This document shows positions 29,525 through 38,868 of a stretch of 64,000 nucleotides of DNA, one piece after another; position 1 is the stretch's first letter, and every line of letters begins with the position of its first letter. The stretch is from an uncultured Clostridia bacterium. Its GTDB lineage: Bacteria > Bacillota > Clostridia > TANB77 > CAG-508. The position numbers and the translations under genes are program-made. The notes below the pieces were generated by a model, which was given only the letters and a program-made list of their open reading frames with translations, did not search any database and was not told the origin of the DNA. Location of the stretch: contig CAOMRW010000001.1 of NCBI GenBank assembly GCA_948485625.1, positions 70,449 through 134,448 of the forward strand. Direction: 5' to 3'.

Positions 29525-30388
29525 ATGGATAATGAAAGATTTAATTTGACTAAAAAAGCTGGTATATATGGTATTGTTGGAAATATATTTTTATTAATTA
29601 TAAAGGCTATTGCTGGTTTTGTTTTTAAAAGTCAATCTATGATTGCTGATAGCTTTAATAGCGCTGGTGATATTTTTGCTTCTTTAATGACTTTTATAGG
29701 TAATAAAATATCAAGTGCTCCTAATGATGATGATCATAACTTTGGTCATGGAAAAGCTGAATATATTTTTTCTATGTTTATAGGAATTTCTATGGTTTTT
29801 GTGGCTAGTAAATTATTTTATGATTCTATTTCTACTTTAATTTTAGGTAGTAAATTAGAGTTTTCTTGGATTTTAATTGTTGTTTGTATTATAACGATTT
29901 TTATAAAGCTTTTTCTATTTTTATATACTAGAAAAGCTTCTAAAAAATGTAATAATATTTTGTTAGATTCAAATATGAAAGACCATAAAAATGATTGTAT
30001 TGTCACTTCTTTTACATTAATTTCAATAATTCTTTCTTTGTTTGGAATTTATTGGTTTGATAGTGTTGTTGGTATTGGTATTTCTATTTGGATTGGTTAT
30101 ACTGGTATTTCTATATTTATTGAAAGTTACAATGTTTTAATGGATATCTCTATTGATGATAAAACTAAAGATTTAATTTTGGATATTATTCATACTTATA
30201 AAGAAGTTAAAAATGTAGAAGCTATTTCTTCTTCACCAGTTGGTGCTCAACATATAATTTTTATAACTATTTGTTTAGATGGTAATATGTCTACTTTTGA
30301 AAGTCATTCTTTGGCAAATAGTATTGAGGAAACTATTAGTAATTTGGATAATGTATATAAGACTATTGTTCATGTTGAACCTGTTTAA
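29525..30388 (+). CDS. cation diffusion facilitator family transporter
   Basis: A 287 aa ORF with six TM helices, SMIADSFNSAGD and HNFGHGKAE. Confidence 0.85.
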   Translation: MDNERFNLTKKAGIYGIVGNIFLLIIKAIAGFVFKSQSMIADSFNSAGDIFASLMTFIGNKISSAPNDDDHNFGHGKAEYIFSMFIGISMVFVASKLFYDSISTLILGSKLEFSWILIVVCIITIFIKLFLFLYTRKASKKCNNILLDSNMKDHKNDCIVTSFTLISIILSLFGIYWFDSVVGIGISIWIGYTGISIFIESYNVLMDISIDDKTKDLILDIIHTYKEVKNVEAISSSPVGAQHIIFITICLDGNMSTFESHSLANSIEETISNLDNVYKTIVHVEPV

Positions 30389-30485
30389 AATGTTAATGGG
30401 ATTGAGTCTTCTGTTCTCTAATCCCTCTTTTTATATTATTAAAGCAAAGGAGAGATTAAGAAAACTTATCCTCCTAACCTCTCTT

Positions 30486-31229
30486 TTATTCTGTTATACT
30501 TACTAATTTTGAACCTAAATTTATGTCATCACCATGTGATACTTGAACATAATAGTTTCCTATTCTAGGAACATAAAAACTTAATCCATTCGCTGTGCTC
30601 CAATATGCATCTCCATCTGCTTTATATTTAACATTCCAATTGCTTATATATCCTGAATACTGAATATTTGTTATTTCTACTTTCCATTTATTATTTTCTT
30701 TTGAAAATGTTACTTCAAAACTTCCTTCTTTAGGATTTTTGTCTTTATATCTTACATTATATATTTCATCATCTATTTGGTCTATCATGTAATAAATATT
30801 ATCTTCATATTCATATCCTACACTATGAATAACATATCCATATTCAATATTGATTATATATTCTTCTAATATACCATCAAATCCTAATTCATTTTTTATA
30901 TGTTCACTATTAAAATATCTAAAACCATTTTTTATATTTATTTTTTCTTCTTGTGTTTTATTTTTAAAAATGATGTCTGAAATAGCTGTTATATTAAAAA
31001 TGCTTTTTTGTTCTTCTGTTAATTCTTGTCCCATTTCTATATCATTATTTTGGCTTAATTCATTTACTTTAGTTTGTAATATTACAAGTTCATCTTTAAA
31101 TTCAGTAAATGCTGCATATTCCATTGTCGATTTACCTACATTTGTTCCTACTGAAACTAGTATAAGTAATACTATAATTGTTATAACTAATGTTATTAAT
31201 GTTACACCATTTTCTTTTGTTTTTTTCAT
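30486..31229 (-). CDS. smaller protein with pilin-like N-terminus, paralogue e
   Basis: The ORF track gives 30486-31247. The ATG at 31227-31229 (MKKTKENGVTLITLVITIIVLLIL) follows AGGAGG. Thr replaces Glu at +5. Confidence 0.7.
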   Translation of the reverse strand: MKKTKENGVTLITLVITIIVLLILVSVGTNVGKSTMEYAAFTEFKDELVILQTKVNELSQNNDIEMGQELTEEQKSIFNITAISDIIFKNKTQEEKINIKNGFRYFNSEHIKNELGFDGILEEYIINIEYGYVIHSVGYEYEDNIYYMIDQIDDEIYNVRYKDKNPKEGSFEVTFSKENNKWKVEITNIQYSGYISNWNVKYKADGDAYWSTANGLSFYVPRIGNYYVQVSHGDDINLGSKLVSITE

Positions 31230-31448
31230 TACAGTCCTCCTATACAAATTTGTTTGAAGTTGCTTTTTTATATTCTTTTTAATGTAATTTTCTTTAAATT
31301 TCTATTTTATTATATACTTTTTTTATTATTTTTGTAAATACTATTATAAGATTTTTATTAATAACACTACATCTCCTATAAAAGTTGAAAAAATAATAGA
31401 CAAAAAATTAAAATTATGCTAATATTAAATAGTATTTTTTAAATATAT

Positions 31449-31523
31449 TGGGGTATCGCCAAGCGGTAAGGCATCGGACTCTGACTCCGACATTCCTGTG
31501 TTCGAATCACAGTACCCCAGCCA
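31449..31523 (+). tRNA. tRNA-Gln (anticodon CTG)
   Basis: I folded the cloverleaf by hand. The acceptor is TGGGGTA/TACCCCA, the anticodon arm is TCGGA-CTCTGAC-TCCGA, the T-loop is TTCGAAT and CCA is encoded. Confidence 0.9.
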
Positions 31524-31529
31524 TAAAAT

Positions 31530-31556
31530 AAAGGTTTCATAATTACTGAAACCTTT
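31530..31556. terminator. bidirectional hairpin shared by tRNA-Gln and the ChW gene
   Basis: A 9-bp stem (aaaggtttc / gaaaccttt) followed by a T-run. It overlaps the stop codon at 31555. Confidence 0.55.
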
Positions 31557-32913
31557 ATTTTAAATTATATGTTCCTACATCTTTATTCCAAGTATTTAAC
31601 AAATGTTGTTTTTCTGTTTTGGGAATTAAACTTATTCTAAATGCTGTCATCGGCTTATTTTTGTTATATATACATTCTTGTCCATCTGAACATGCTTTTA
31701 TCCATCCAACTCCATCTACTAAAATTTGATATACTATTGAAAAGTTAGAGTAGTCTTTTAATTTTATATTTATTCCACAAATTCCATATTTATATTGTGT
31801 AGATATATTTAATGGTATTGGATTTCTTCCATTTGTATCTGTGTTATTGACAAAATTTATACCACTTCCTCCAAATTGAAAATATTTTTTGTTTTCTATT
31901 GTTACTAGGTCATTTGTATTCATTGATTTATATTTTTCTTTTTCAGGATTATATCCATAATTATACAACATTTTTGATGTGGTACATCTAGCTGATGTTC
32001 CCTCTCCCCAATGTGTATAAATATATGAATTTACTTGCATAAAATCTTTTTCTATATTTCCTTCAAATCTAAAAGCTATTGCTTCTGTTTTGAGTTTAGT
32101 ATTTTTGCTTACTGCTTTATCTCCTGCTATATCATAATTCCCATGTCCAAATGTCCATCCTACTTCTGAATTATGTGAGGCATATATTAGATTTATGTAT
32201 GTAGCTTTTGTTATATTTATAGTAATATTAGATTTATTTCCAGCATAGTCTATTATTGGTAATTCATATGATATATTGTTATTGAATTCTTTTTTAGCTT
32301 CTAATTTATTATTTGAGGTAAAGTTCCATCCATCTAGATTTCTTATATTTTCATTCACTTTTATAATTGCATTTACTTTTCCCTGTGTTATTTGTTCTTC
32401 ATTAAAAGTCCCTTTTGGTGCTATATTATCTATTGTTATATTTGTATCAATTTCGGTTTTTTCACTTTTTAATTTTGAAGTATCAATGGCAGTCCCCTCT
32501 AAAATTTCTATTTTTAATTTTCCATTTCCGGTAATATTTTTTATTTGTATCTGATATATTATTTCTTCTTTTGAATCTTTTTCTTTTATAAATTCTATAT
32601 TGTCTATTTTGACATATTCATTATCTATTTTTAATTTTATATGTTCTTTATCACAAAATACTTCTTTTAAATTTTTATCTGTAATTTTTATTCTTGTTTT
32701 TATTGTATGAGTTTTATTAGCATATTTTTCATATCCAATATTAGTGTTGTTTATATCTATTAACTCTATTTTTGGTTTTGTTTTGTCTATATTTATATTT
32801 GCTATATAAAATTCATTATTTATTATGTATTTTGCATTTACTATTGTATTTAATAGTATACAAAATGTGCTAATAGCTAAAATACTTAATAATTTGTTTT
32901 TTATTTTCTTCAC
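31555..32913 (-). CDS. secreted protein with C-terminal ChW (clostridial hydrophobic W) repeats
   Basis: A 452 aa ORF with a signal peptide (...NTIVNA-KY). YASHNSEVGWTFGHGNYDIAGD...EAIAFRFEG and YQILVDGVGWIKACSDGQECI...TAFRISL look like ChW repeats. Confidence 0.65.
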   Translation of the reverse strand: MKKIKNKLLSILAISTFCILLNTIVNAKYIINNEFYIANINIDKTKPKIELIDINNTNIGYEKYANKTHTIKTRIKITDKNLKEVFCDKEHIKLKIDNEYVKIDNIEFIKEKDSKEEIIYQIQIKNITGNGKLKIEILEGTAIDTSKLKSEKTEIDTNITIDNIAPKGTFNEEQITQGKVNAIIKVNENIRNLDGWNFTSNNKLEAKKEFNNNISYELPIIDYAGNKSNITINITKATYINLIYASHNSEVGWTFGHGNYDIAGDKAVSKNTKLKTEAIAFRFEGNIEKDFMQVNSYIYTHWGEGTSARCTTSKMLYNYGYNPEKEKYKSMNTNDLVTIENKKYFQFGGSGINFVNNTDTNGRNPIPLNISTQYKYGICGINIKLKDYSNFSIVYQILVDGVGWIKACSDGQECIYNKNKPMTAFRISLIPKTEKQHLLNTWNKDVGTYNLK

Positions 32914-32916
32914 CTC

Positions 32917-33549
32917 CTAAGATTTCTCTTCTCCTAGTGTATATATGTCAAATTGATATGTTCTAATGTTTCCAGAGTCTTTTGTGTCTTGAATATCTTC
33001 ATATTCTTTGTTTTTATTATTTTCATAATTCCAATACCAATCTATTTTTATATTTATTTTTTCATTTTTAGTTATATATCCTGTTAGACTTTTTGATAGT
33101 TCTTCTAATGTATCTGCTTCTCCTAATATGTTTTCGTTTTTTGATGCTTTAAATTTTAAATTTTTTGGTTTTTGATTTTTACTATAAAAATCTACTTTAT
33201 ATTTTAAATTTTGATTTGAGTCTAATAATATATCAAAACTTCCTTGTGTTCCTGGTGCAATTTTTTCATATATAAGTGTTTTGTTGTTTATTGTTTTTGA
33301 TAAATCTATTGTTTTAAAGTCTATATTTTTATAACTTATCTTAAAATTGTATTGTTGATTTTCTTCTTTATTTTCTGTATTATTATTTAAATTTTTATTT
33401 AGGTTTCCATTTGATAATAGTTTTAGAAATAAAATATCATCTATTATTTGTGGTTTAGATAATTCTTTTAGAAAAAATATTTTTATGAATAATATAATAA
33501 AGATTAGGATTGGAATTAAAATTAATTTTTTATTTAAGTTCTTTTTCAT
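32917..33549 (-). CDS. TasA/BsaA-like SipW-type-signal secreted protein
   Basis: A 210 aa ORF. It shares KIAPGTQGSFDILLDS and the C-terminal Y-FD-motif with the 34178 gene. Confidence 0.5.
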   Translation of the reverse strand: MKKNLNKKLILIPILIFIILFIKIFFLKELSKPQIIDDILFLKLLSNGNLNKNLNNNTENKEENQQYNFKISYKNIDFKTIDLSKTINNKTLIYEKIAPGTQGSFDILLDSNQNLKYKVDFYSKNQKPKNLKFKASKNENILGEADTLEELSKSLTGYITKNEKINIKIDWYWNYENNKNKEYEDIQDTKDSGNIRTYQFDIYTLGEEKS

Positions 33550-33558
33550 TTAATCACC

Positions 33559-34128
33559 TTATGCCTTTACCTGTTCAGTATGAACTTTGACTTGAATTTT
33601 TTCCATAATATCATTTATTGAATTTGATTTATTTTCATCATATGTTATTTTTATTTTATATTCTCTTTCTTCTTTTTTATTTTTTGAAATTTGTATATAT
33701 TGTGTTTTATTTTCATTTAAGTTTAATTTATTTTCATTTTCATATAATTCTATATTTATGGATTCATCCACATTAGGTGAAATTTCTATATAATATTTTA
33801 AATCTGTTTCTGTTATTTTATTTTGTGCATTATAGTTTTTAATTTTAAAAGTATACATCCCATAATTTTTAGTTGCAGTTATATCTATGCTTGGATTATT
33901 TTCTATTAGTAAAATTGGTTCTGCTATTTGTGTTTTTCCGTTTATTATTACTTGTTCAAAAACTTTTGCCATGCTGTATCCACAAAATAGTAACAAAATG
34001 GTGATAAATATTATTAAAATTGCTGTTATTAATTTTGTATTTTTTTGATTTGAATTTTCTTCTTTATTTATTTTTCCTTTATTAAATATTGGCAAGTTTA
34101 TATATTTTATATTTTCTTTTTTATTCAT
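33559..34128 (-). CDS. membrane-anchored or secreted hypothetical protein in the same operon
   Basis: A 189 aa ORF with one TM helix and then a beta-rich sequence. Confidence 0.45.
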   Translation of the reverse strand: MNKKENIKYINLPIFNKGKINKEENSNQKNTKLITAILIIFITILLLFCGYSMAKVFEQVIINGKTQIAEPILLIENNPSIDITATKNYGMYTFKIKNYNAQNKITETDLKYYIEISPNVDESINIELYENENKLNLNENKTQYIQISKNKKEEREYKIKITYDENKSNSINDIMEKIQVKVHTEQVKA

Positions 34129-34177
34129 GTCTCCTCCTTTTATAAAAGCATTTTCATATTTTTTATATTAATAGTTA

Positions 34178-34771
34178 TTAATTATTGGGTTCTACTTGTG
34201 TTCCAGATACTATAACATCAAAAGTATAATTACTTATTCTTTTTGCATCTTGTGTATCTATTAAATCACTTGCTGCTATTTCTTGTGCTGTGTTTCCTGT
34301 TTCATATTTCCATTTCCATCCAATGTCTAGGACTCTTATTTTATTTTCATCATTTGCATTTATTGTTCCTGTTAATGTTTCTTGCAATTGTGTTAAGGAA
34401 TTATATGTGTTTCCTCCATATGTAAATTTTAAATTTGTAGGTTTTTGTGATTCATTTTCTAATCTTACAACATAGTTTACTCCTACTTCTGAGCCTGTTG
34501 AATCTATTTTTATTTGAAATGTTCCTTCTGTTCCTGGTGCTATTTTGTTATTTATTATTTTTGAATTATTTAATGTTGATTCTAAAGAAATTCTCTGAAT
34601 TTGTTCTTCTTTTTCATTTACTTTAAAATTCCAATTTGCTATGTCTGCTGTTCCTTGTCCTGTTACTTTAGACATGTATTTTGCATATGCATGTCCTCCT
34701 ACAAATGCTAATATTATTACTGCAAGTGCAATAACTACTAATACTATTTTTTTGCTTTTCTTCAATAGCAT
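34178..34771 (-). CDS. TasA/BsaA-like SipW-type-signal secreted protein
   Basis: A 197 aa ORF. The N-terminus ...AFVGGHAYAKY resembles the TasA/camelysin signal region. KIAPGTEGTFQIKIDS is present. The real start may be the TTG at 34763-34765. Confidence 0.55.
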   Translation of the reverse strand: MLLKKSKKIVLVVIALAVIILAFVGGHAYAKYMSKVTGQGTADIANWNFKVNEKEEQIQRISLESTLNNSKIINNKIAPGTEGTFQIKIDSTGSEVGVNYVVRLENESQKPTNLKFTYGGNTYNSLTQLQETLTGTINANDENKIRVLDIGWKWKYETGNTAQEIAASDLIDTQDAKRISNYTFDVIVSGTQVEPNN

Positions 34772-34891
34772 TCCTCCTCTTATTCAATTTTTAACTTTTT
34801 TTGGATTTTTTTCGATTTAATTTGATTTAAACAAAGTTCTTTCGAACTGTTTTTTGAATTTAATTTATAAAAAATATGAAAATGTATTTTG

Positions 34892-34920
34892 ATTATACTT
34901 CCAAAAAATGGATTTGTCAA
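34892..34920 (-). promoter_or_regulatory. consensus sigmaA promoter of the TasA-like operon
   Basis: The minus strand reads TTGACA, a 17-nt spacer, then TATAAT. Two further TTGACA-like boxes lie just upstream (34921-34950). Confidence 0.55.
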
Positions 34921-35007
34921 CAAAAACTTTTCGACAAAAATTGACATATTACTATATTTTTAAAGAGCATCTGGAAATTCCAAATGCTCTTTTTAAGTAT
35001 AATTTGT

Positions 35008-36225
35008 TTAATGTTCATTTTTTGTCATTCTTTCATAGAACATTCTCCAACTTTTTTTGTACTCCTCTTCATCATCTTTAAAGATTCCATTTGCTTCTGC
35101 TTTTTTGATAATTTCTGTAAATTCATCTTGTAATGTTTCTACCAGCTTCTTGAAGTCAATTTTTTCTTGAGAAATGTATTTCTCAAATTTAGATTTTTGC
35201 CAATCCTCTTGAAGCTTTTCAAAAACAGGTCCTTGATGATAAAGTGAATAAATCCGATAATAATTAGAAGCACTTTTAATCATTTCTGTCAAATATCTTT
35301 CTCTTGCAGTTATTGCTTTTTCATTATCAATACCATATAAAGAATTGTAACAATACTGAACTGCTTCTTTATCTGCTGGGTCTTCACTATAGAAATCATC
35401 ACCATAATTTATTCTGTGTTCTATGTTTGCAGAGCAATTTAAAATAGCAATTTTTATATCAAGTGCATATTCCTTAGGGAAACTTAGCTTTTTGCAAATT
35501 CTTACAAGTTCTCTTGCTGGTGCAATCCAATCATAGTCAGATTTGCTATCTGTCATTACTTTTTCATGAAGTTCTTTAGCTGTTAATACATGTTTTATAT
35601 CTTTACATTCATGAATTAGATACCTATGACCAAAAAAATCCATTGTGTCCTTTTCTCCTTCTGAATAGTTTTTTATAAATCTTTTCTTTTTTTGATCCAT
35701 ATATGTTTTTAGTAAAAGTGTGGCTATAAATACTAGAATGCATATAAAAAAGTAGCATGCAAGAAGAATTAATATTCCACATAAGATAGAAAAAACTTTA
35801 TTCCCCAAGCTATAAGATTTAATATATTCATCCAAACTTTCTATTTCGATGCTATATTTTTCTTCTAAAATTTTGTAATCATTAGATAATGTGATTGTTG
35901 CATTATATGTATTTTGGTCTGTCGAGTCATCTTGTAAATAATAATAAAAGTATATACTTTCATTATCATTATAGATATTATATCGCACTTTATCATTGAA
36001 AATTTTTCTTGTGTCTATGCTAACTCCTTCTTGAATGGATTCTCTTGCAATGTCTTTTAATAATTTGCACTTTTCTTTTTTGTTTTCGTAACTGTTCATT
36101 ATTTTTTGTTCATTTTGTAGTTTCTCAAATATTATTCTACTTGAAATAATGACAGTTACTATACTTAAAAGAATAGCAACAAGTATTATGGCTAATGTTG
36201 ATATAAACCGCTTCTTTCTTTTCAT
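35008..36225 (-). CDS. two-TM membrane protein with an unknown roughly 230 aa cytoplasmic domain
   Basis: A 405 aa ORF in which I recognise no motif. It carries two in-frame CGG codons (35254, 36208). Confidence 0.55.
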   Translation of the reverse strand: MKRKKRFISTLAIILVAILLSIVTVIISSRIIFEKLQNEQKIMNSYENKKEKCKLLKDIARESIQEGVSIDTRKIFNDKVRYNIYNDNESIYFYYYLQDDSTDQNTYNATITLSNDYKILEEKYSIEIESLDEYIKSYSLGNKVFSILCGILILLACYFFICILVFIATLLLKTYMDQKKKRFIKNYSEGEKDTMDFFGHRYLIHECKDIKHVLTAKELHEKVMTDSKSDYDWIAPARELVRICKKLSFPKEYALDIKIAILNCSANIEHRINYGDDFYSEDPADKEAVQYCYNSLYGIDNEKAITARERYLTEMIKSASNYYRIYSLYHQGPVFEKLQEDWQKSKFEKYISQEKIDFKKLVETLQDEFTEIIKKAEANGIFKDDEEEYKKSWRMFYERMTKNEH

Positions 36226-36425
36226 GAATATTCCTCCTTCAATATTTATTGTGTTGTTTGCTTGTTATAAATGTTAACTCCTTAAGGAGATAAGCAAATT
36301 TAGTCTTTGCTTATTATATTATATATTTACATAAAATTCAAGTATTTATCTTTAAAAATCCTATAGAGATTCCCTATAGGTTTTAAATATGTAGTTATAG
36401 ATCAATATGTAATTATTTTATGTTA
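36226..36425 (-). repeat. terminator-promoter-leader module, copy A
   Basis: About three quarters identical by eye to 36653-36850 over about 180 bp. It includes a cctatag...ctatagg hairpin, TTGAAT...TATAAT and a ctcc-ttaa-ggag hairpin before the SD. Confidence 0.7.
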
Positions 36426-36436
36426 TGGATAATAGT

Positions 36437-36652
36437 CTAAATTTTGTATTTAGATTTATGTGATTTTGAAAATTCAATTAAGTCATCTAAATTGTCTTCA
36501 CATTTATCTTTAATAGAATATGCTATATTTTTGCTTATTTTAACGTTAATAGTATCTTCTTTTAAAAGAAAATATATTTGTAATCCAATTATAATAGCTA
36601 ATATTGCAACAAAAATAATGCCTATAATAATATCCACATTTTTCTCCTCCAA
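36437..36652 (-). CDS. small single-TM protein
   Basis: A 71 aa ORF with a GGAGGAG SD. Confidence 0.5.
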   Translation of the reverse strand: MEEKNVDIIIGIIFVAILAIIIGLQIYFLLKEDTINVKISKNIAYSIKDKCEDNLDDLIEFSKSHKSKYKI

Positions 36653-36850
36653 TATTAATTGTGCTGTTTACTTATTTTCTATGTTAAGCTCCAAAAGGAG
36701 ATTATAAAATTTTGTCTTTCGATAGCATATCATATATTTATGTAAAATTCTAGTGTTTAGCTAAAAATAATCCTATAGAAATTTCTCTATATTATTTAAA
36801 CATGTAGTTATAAATCAATATATTTGAATATAGCTATACTTTTTATTTCT
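36653..36850 (-). repeat. terminator-promoter-leader module, copy B
   Basis: See copy A. Its SD-proximal hairpin is ctcc-tttt-ggag. Confidence 0.7.
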
Positions 36851-36957
36851 TTTTCATTTTATTTATTCAAATTGATTAGGTAATTGGTATATAGTAATTC
36901 CACCTTTTCTTTCCCAATTAATTATTATATTATCAAATTCTTTTGCTTTAAATAAGT

Positions 36958-37548
36958 CTAATTTATTATATTCTTCCTAATTATTTTACAAATTTGTTCT
37001 GTTTTATCTTTTCCTGATATTGTTTCATAAATGTTTAATATTTCTCTAATAATCATATTTTCGTCATCTTTGATATTCGAAAATAAATATGGTGTATATA
37101 TAACGTCAGCTAAAAATAAATCAAAATTTAATTTTTTAAATCCTACTTTTTCATAAAAATTCTTTCTCTTTTCTCTTATTAAATTTTCTTTTGCATTTTT
37201 ACCTAATCCAACTTTTTCAATCTCTATAAAAATACCCCTATTGTCTCTTTCCTGTTCTAATAAAATTTGTAATGCTTTAGTACCAAATTTATTATTTCTA
37301 TATTGTGGTAGTATAGCTAAGTAATCTAAAATAACATATCCTTTATCTTTAACTTTATTTACTATCATAAATCCAATTATTTCATTTTTATATAAAATTT
37401 CTATAATTCTTGTGTAGTGCTTTTCATAAGAGGAGTGTAATAATTCTATTGGCTTTCTTTCATCTTCTGGGAATATGTCTAAATAATATGAATATAATTC
37501 TTTTTTAAATTTGTCTATGTTTATATCTTTTAATTTTATATCTTCCAT
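36958..37548 (-). CDS. GNAT family N-acetyltransferase
   Basis: A 196 aa ORF. LAILPQYRNNKFGTKAL resembles the acetyl-CoA binding motif. Confidence 0.7.
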   Translation of the reverse strand: MEDIKLKDINIDKFKKELYSYYLDIFPEDERKPIELLHSSYEKHYTRIIEILYKNEIIGFMIVNKVKDKGYVILDYLAILPQYRNNKFGTKALQILLEQERDNRGIFIEIEKVGLGKNAKENLIREKRKNFYEKVGFKKLNFDLFLADVIYTPYLFSNIKDDENMIIREILNIYETISGKDKTEQICKIIRKNIIN

Positions 37549-37653
37549 AAATTTTTATTTTCCTCCTATTAATTCCTTTCAATAATAATATCAGCTATAC
37601 AAAAAAGCCGTTTCTTTTGAAACGGTCTTTTTATATTTTATTAAACTTTTTAT

Positions 37654-37728
37654 TGGCTGGGCTGGCTAGATTCGAACTAGCGCATGCCAGAGTCAAAGTC
37701 TGGTGCCTTACCGCTTGGCTACAGCCCA
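37654..37728 (-). tRNA. tRNA-Gln (anticodon TTG)
   Basis: Hand-folded. The acceptor is TGGGCTG..., the anticodon arm is CCAGA-CTTTGAC-TCTGG and CCA is encoded. Confidence 0.9.
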
Positions 37729-37743
37729 ATATCAAATTAAAAC

Positions 37744-37821
37744 TGGGGTGGAAGATGGGACTCGAACCCACGGTCTCCAGTGCCACAAACTGGCGCGTTA
37801 ACCAACTACGCTACATCCACC
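37744..37821 (-). tRNA. tRNA-His (anticodon GTG)
   Basis: Hand-folded. It has the extra 5' G(-1), the anticodon loop TTGTGGC and an encoded CCA. There is one T-T mismatch in the acceptor stem. Confidence 0.88.
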
Positions 37822-37993
37822 ATAGCTCACGTGCTTGTTTTCTTGGCACTTTTATATTTTAACTCATTTACTATAAGTTTGTCAAGCCTATTTTGGTATT
37901 TTTTTAATTATTTTTATTTACATAATTTTACTTTTATGTTATACTTATTATAGTAGTTGTAGTAATAGTCTAAAGTTTATTTAGGAGGAAAAT

Positions 37994-38155
37994 ATGCAAA
38001 ACATAATTATGGCTATTTCAGTTGTTTTTTCAGTGTTAGAGATTATATGTCTTTCTGTAGATATTTATCTATTCTACTACAAGAAGAAAAAAAGACAGGC
38101 TCTATGTGCTATGGCCTTTGCTCTTTTATCAGGAGCAATTTCACTGGGATTATGA
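37994..38155 (+). CDS. 53 aa hydrophobic peptide (two predicted helices)
   Basis: It is not in the ORF track because it is under 60 aa. An AGGAGG SD lies 6 nt upstream. The sequence is MQNIIMAISVVFSVLEIICLSVDIYLFYYKKKKRQALCAMAFALLSGAISLGL. A hairpin terminator lies at 38251-38285. Confidence 0.4.
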   Translation: MQNIIMAISVVFSVLEIICLSVDIYLFYYKKKKRQALCAMAFALLSGAISLGL

Positions 38156-38367
38156 GGAGAAACTATCTTTATGGTAATTTGTTTTATATTTTCTGTTGTA
38201 GCTTTCTGGTCATGTCTGTATCTCGAATGCTGATAGACATTGTAAAAAAGGCCATCTTATTGAAAAATAAGGTGGCCTTTTTATATTGAACATTTTTAAT
38301 ATAAATACTATGAATATTTAATACAAATTCTAATATAATGTATTAATAAATTTTATGGAGGAAAGTT

Positions 38368-38754
38368 ATGGAAAATATTCAAATAGGAGAAAATAAATCT
38401 ATAATAAATATATTGAAAGGTGTTGGTATATCATTAATATCTACTGTACTTTTATTAATAATATTTTCAATAGTATTAACATATTCAAGTATACAAGAAA
38501 GTGCAATTAATCCAGTAATTATGATAATAACAGCAATAAGTATATTAATCGGAAGTTCAATTAGTAATATGAAAATTAAAAAAAATGGATTAATAAATGG
38601 AGCTATTATAGGAGCAATATATATTATAACAATATATCTCATTTCTAGTATTTTGAATTGGAAATTTTCATTAAATGTACAATCTATAATAATGATAACA
38701 ATGAGTATAGTATTTGGAATTTTAGGAGGAATAATAGGAGTTAATAGAAAATAG
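38368..38754 (+). CDS. small multi-TM membrane protein (YrzE/TIGR04086-like)
   Basis: A 128 aa ORF with four hydrophobic helices. Confidence 0.5.
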   Translation: MENIQIGENKSIINILKGVGISLISTVLLLIIFSIVLTYSSIQESAINPVIMIITAISILIGSSISNMKIKKNGLINGAIIGAIYIITIYLISSILNWKFSLNVQSIIMITMSIVFGILGGIIGVNRK

Positions 38755-38868
38755 CTTTATCTTTTTAATATATTTATTTGTGTTCCATTCTTTATTAAAT
38801 GTATAATGGTTGACTTTTGATTTTATCCATGTATAATAATTATATATTTTAATAAAGGATTTGATGGC

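Noticed and set aside
37617-37862. An 81 aa + strand ORF, plus similar ORFs at 59650-59961 and 61253-61540.
   Set aside because: They overlap hand-folded tRNA genes (Gln, His, Tyr) or the family-2 hairpin repeats, and are not coding.
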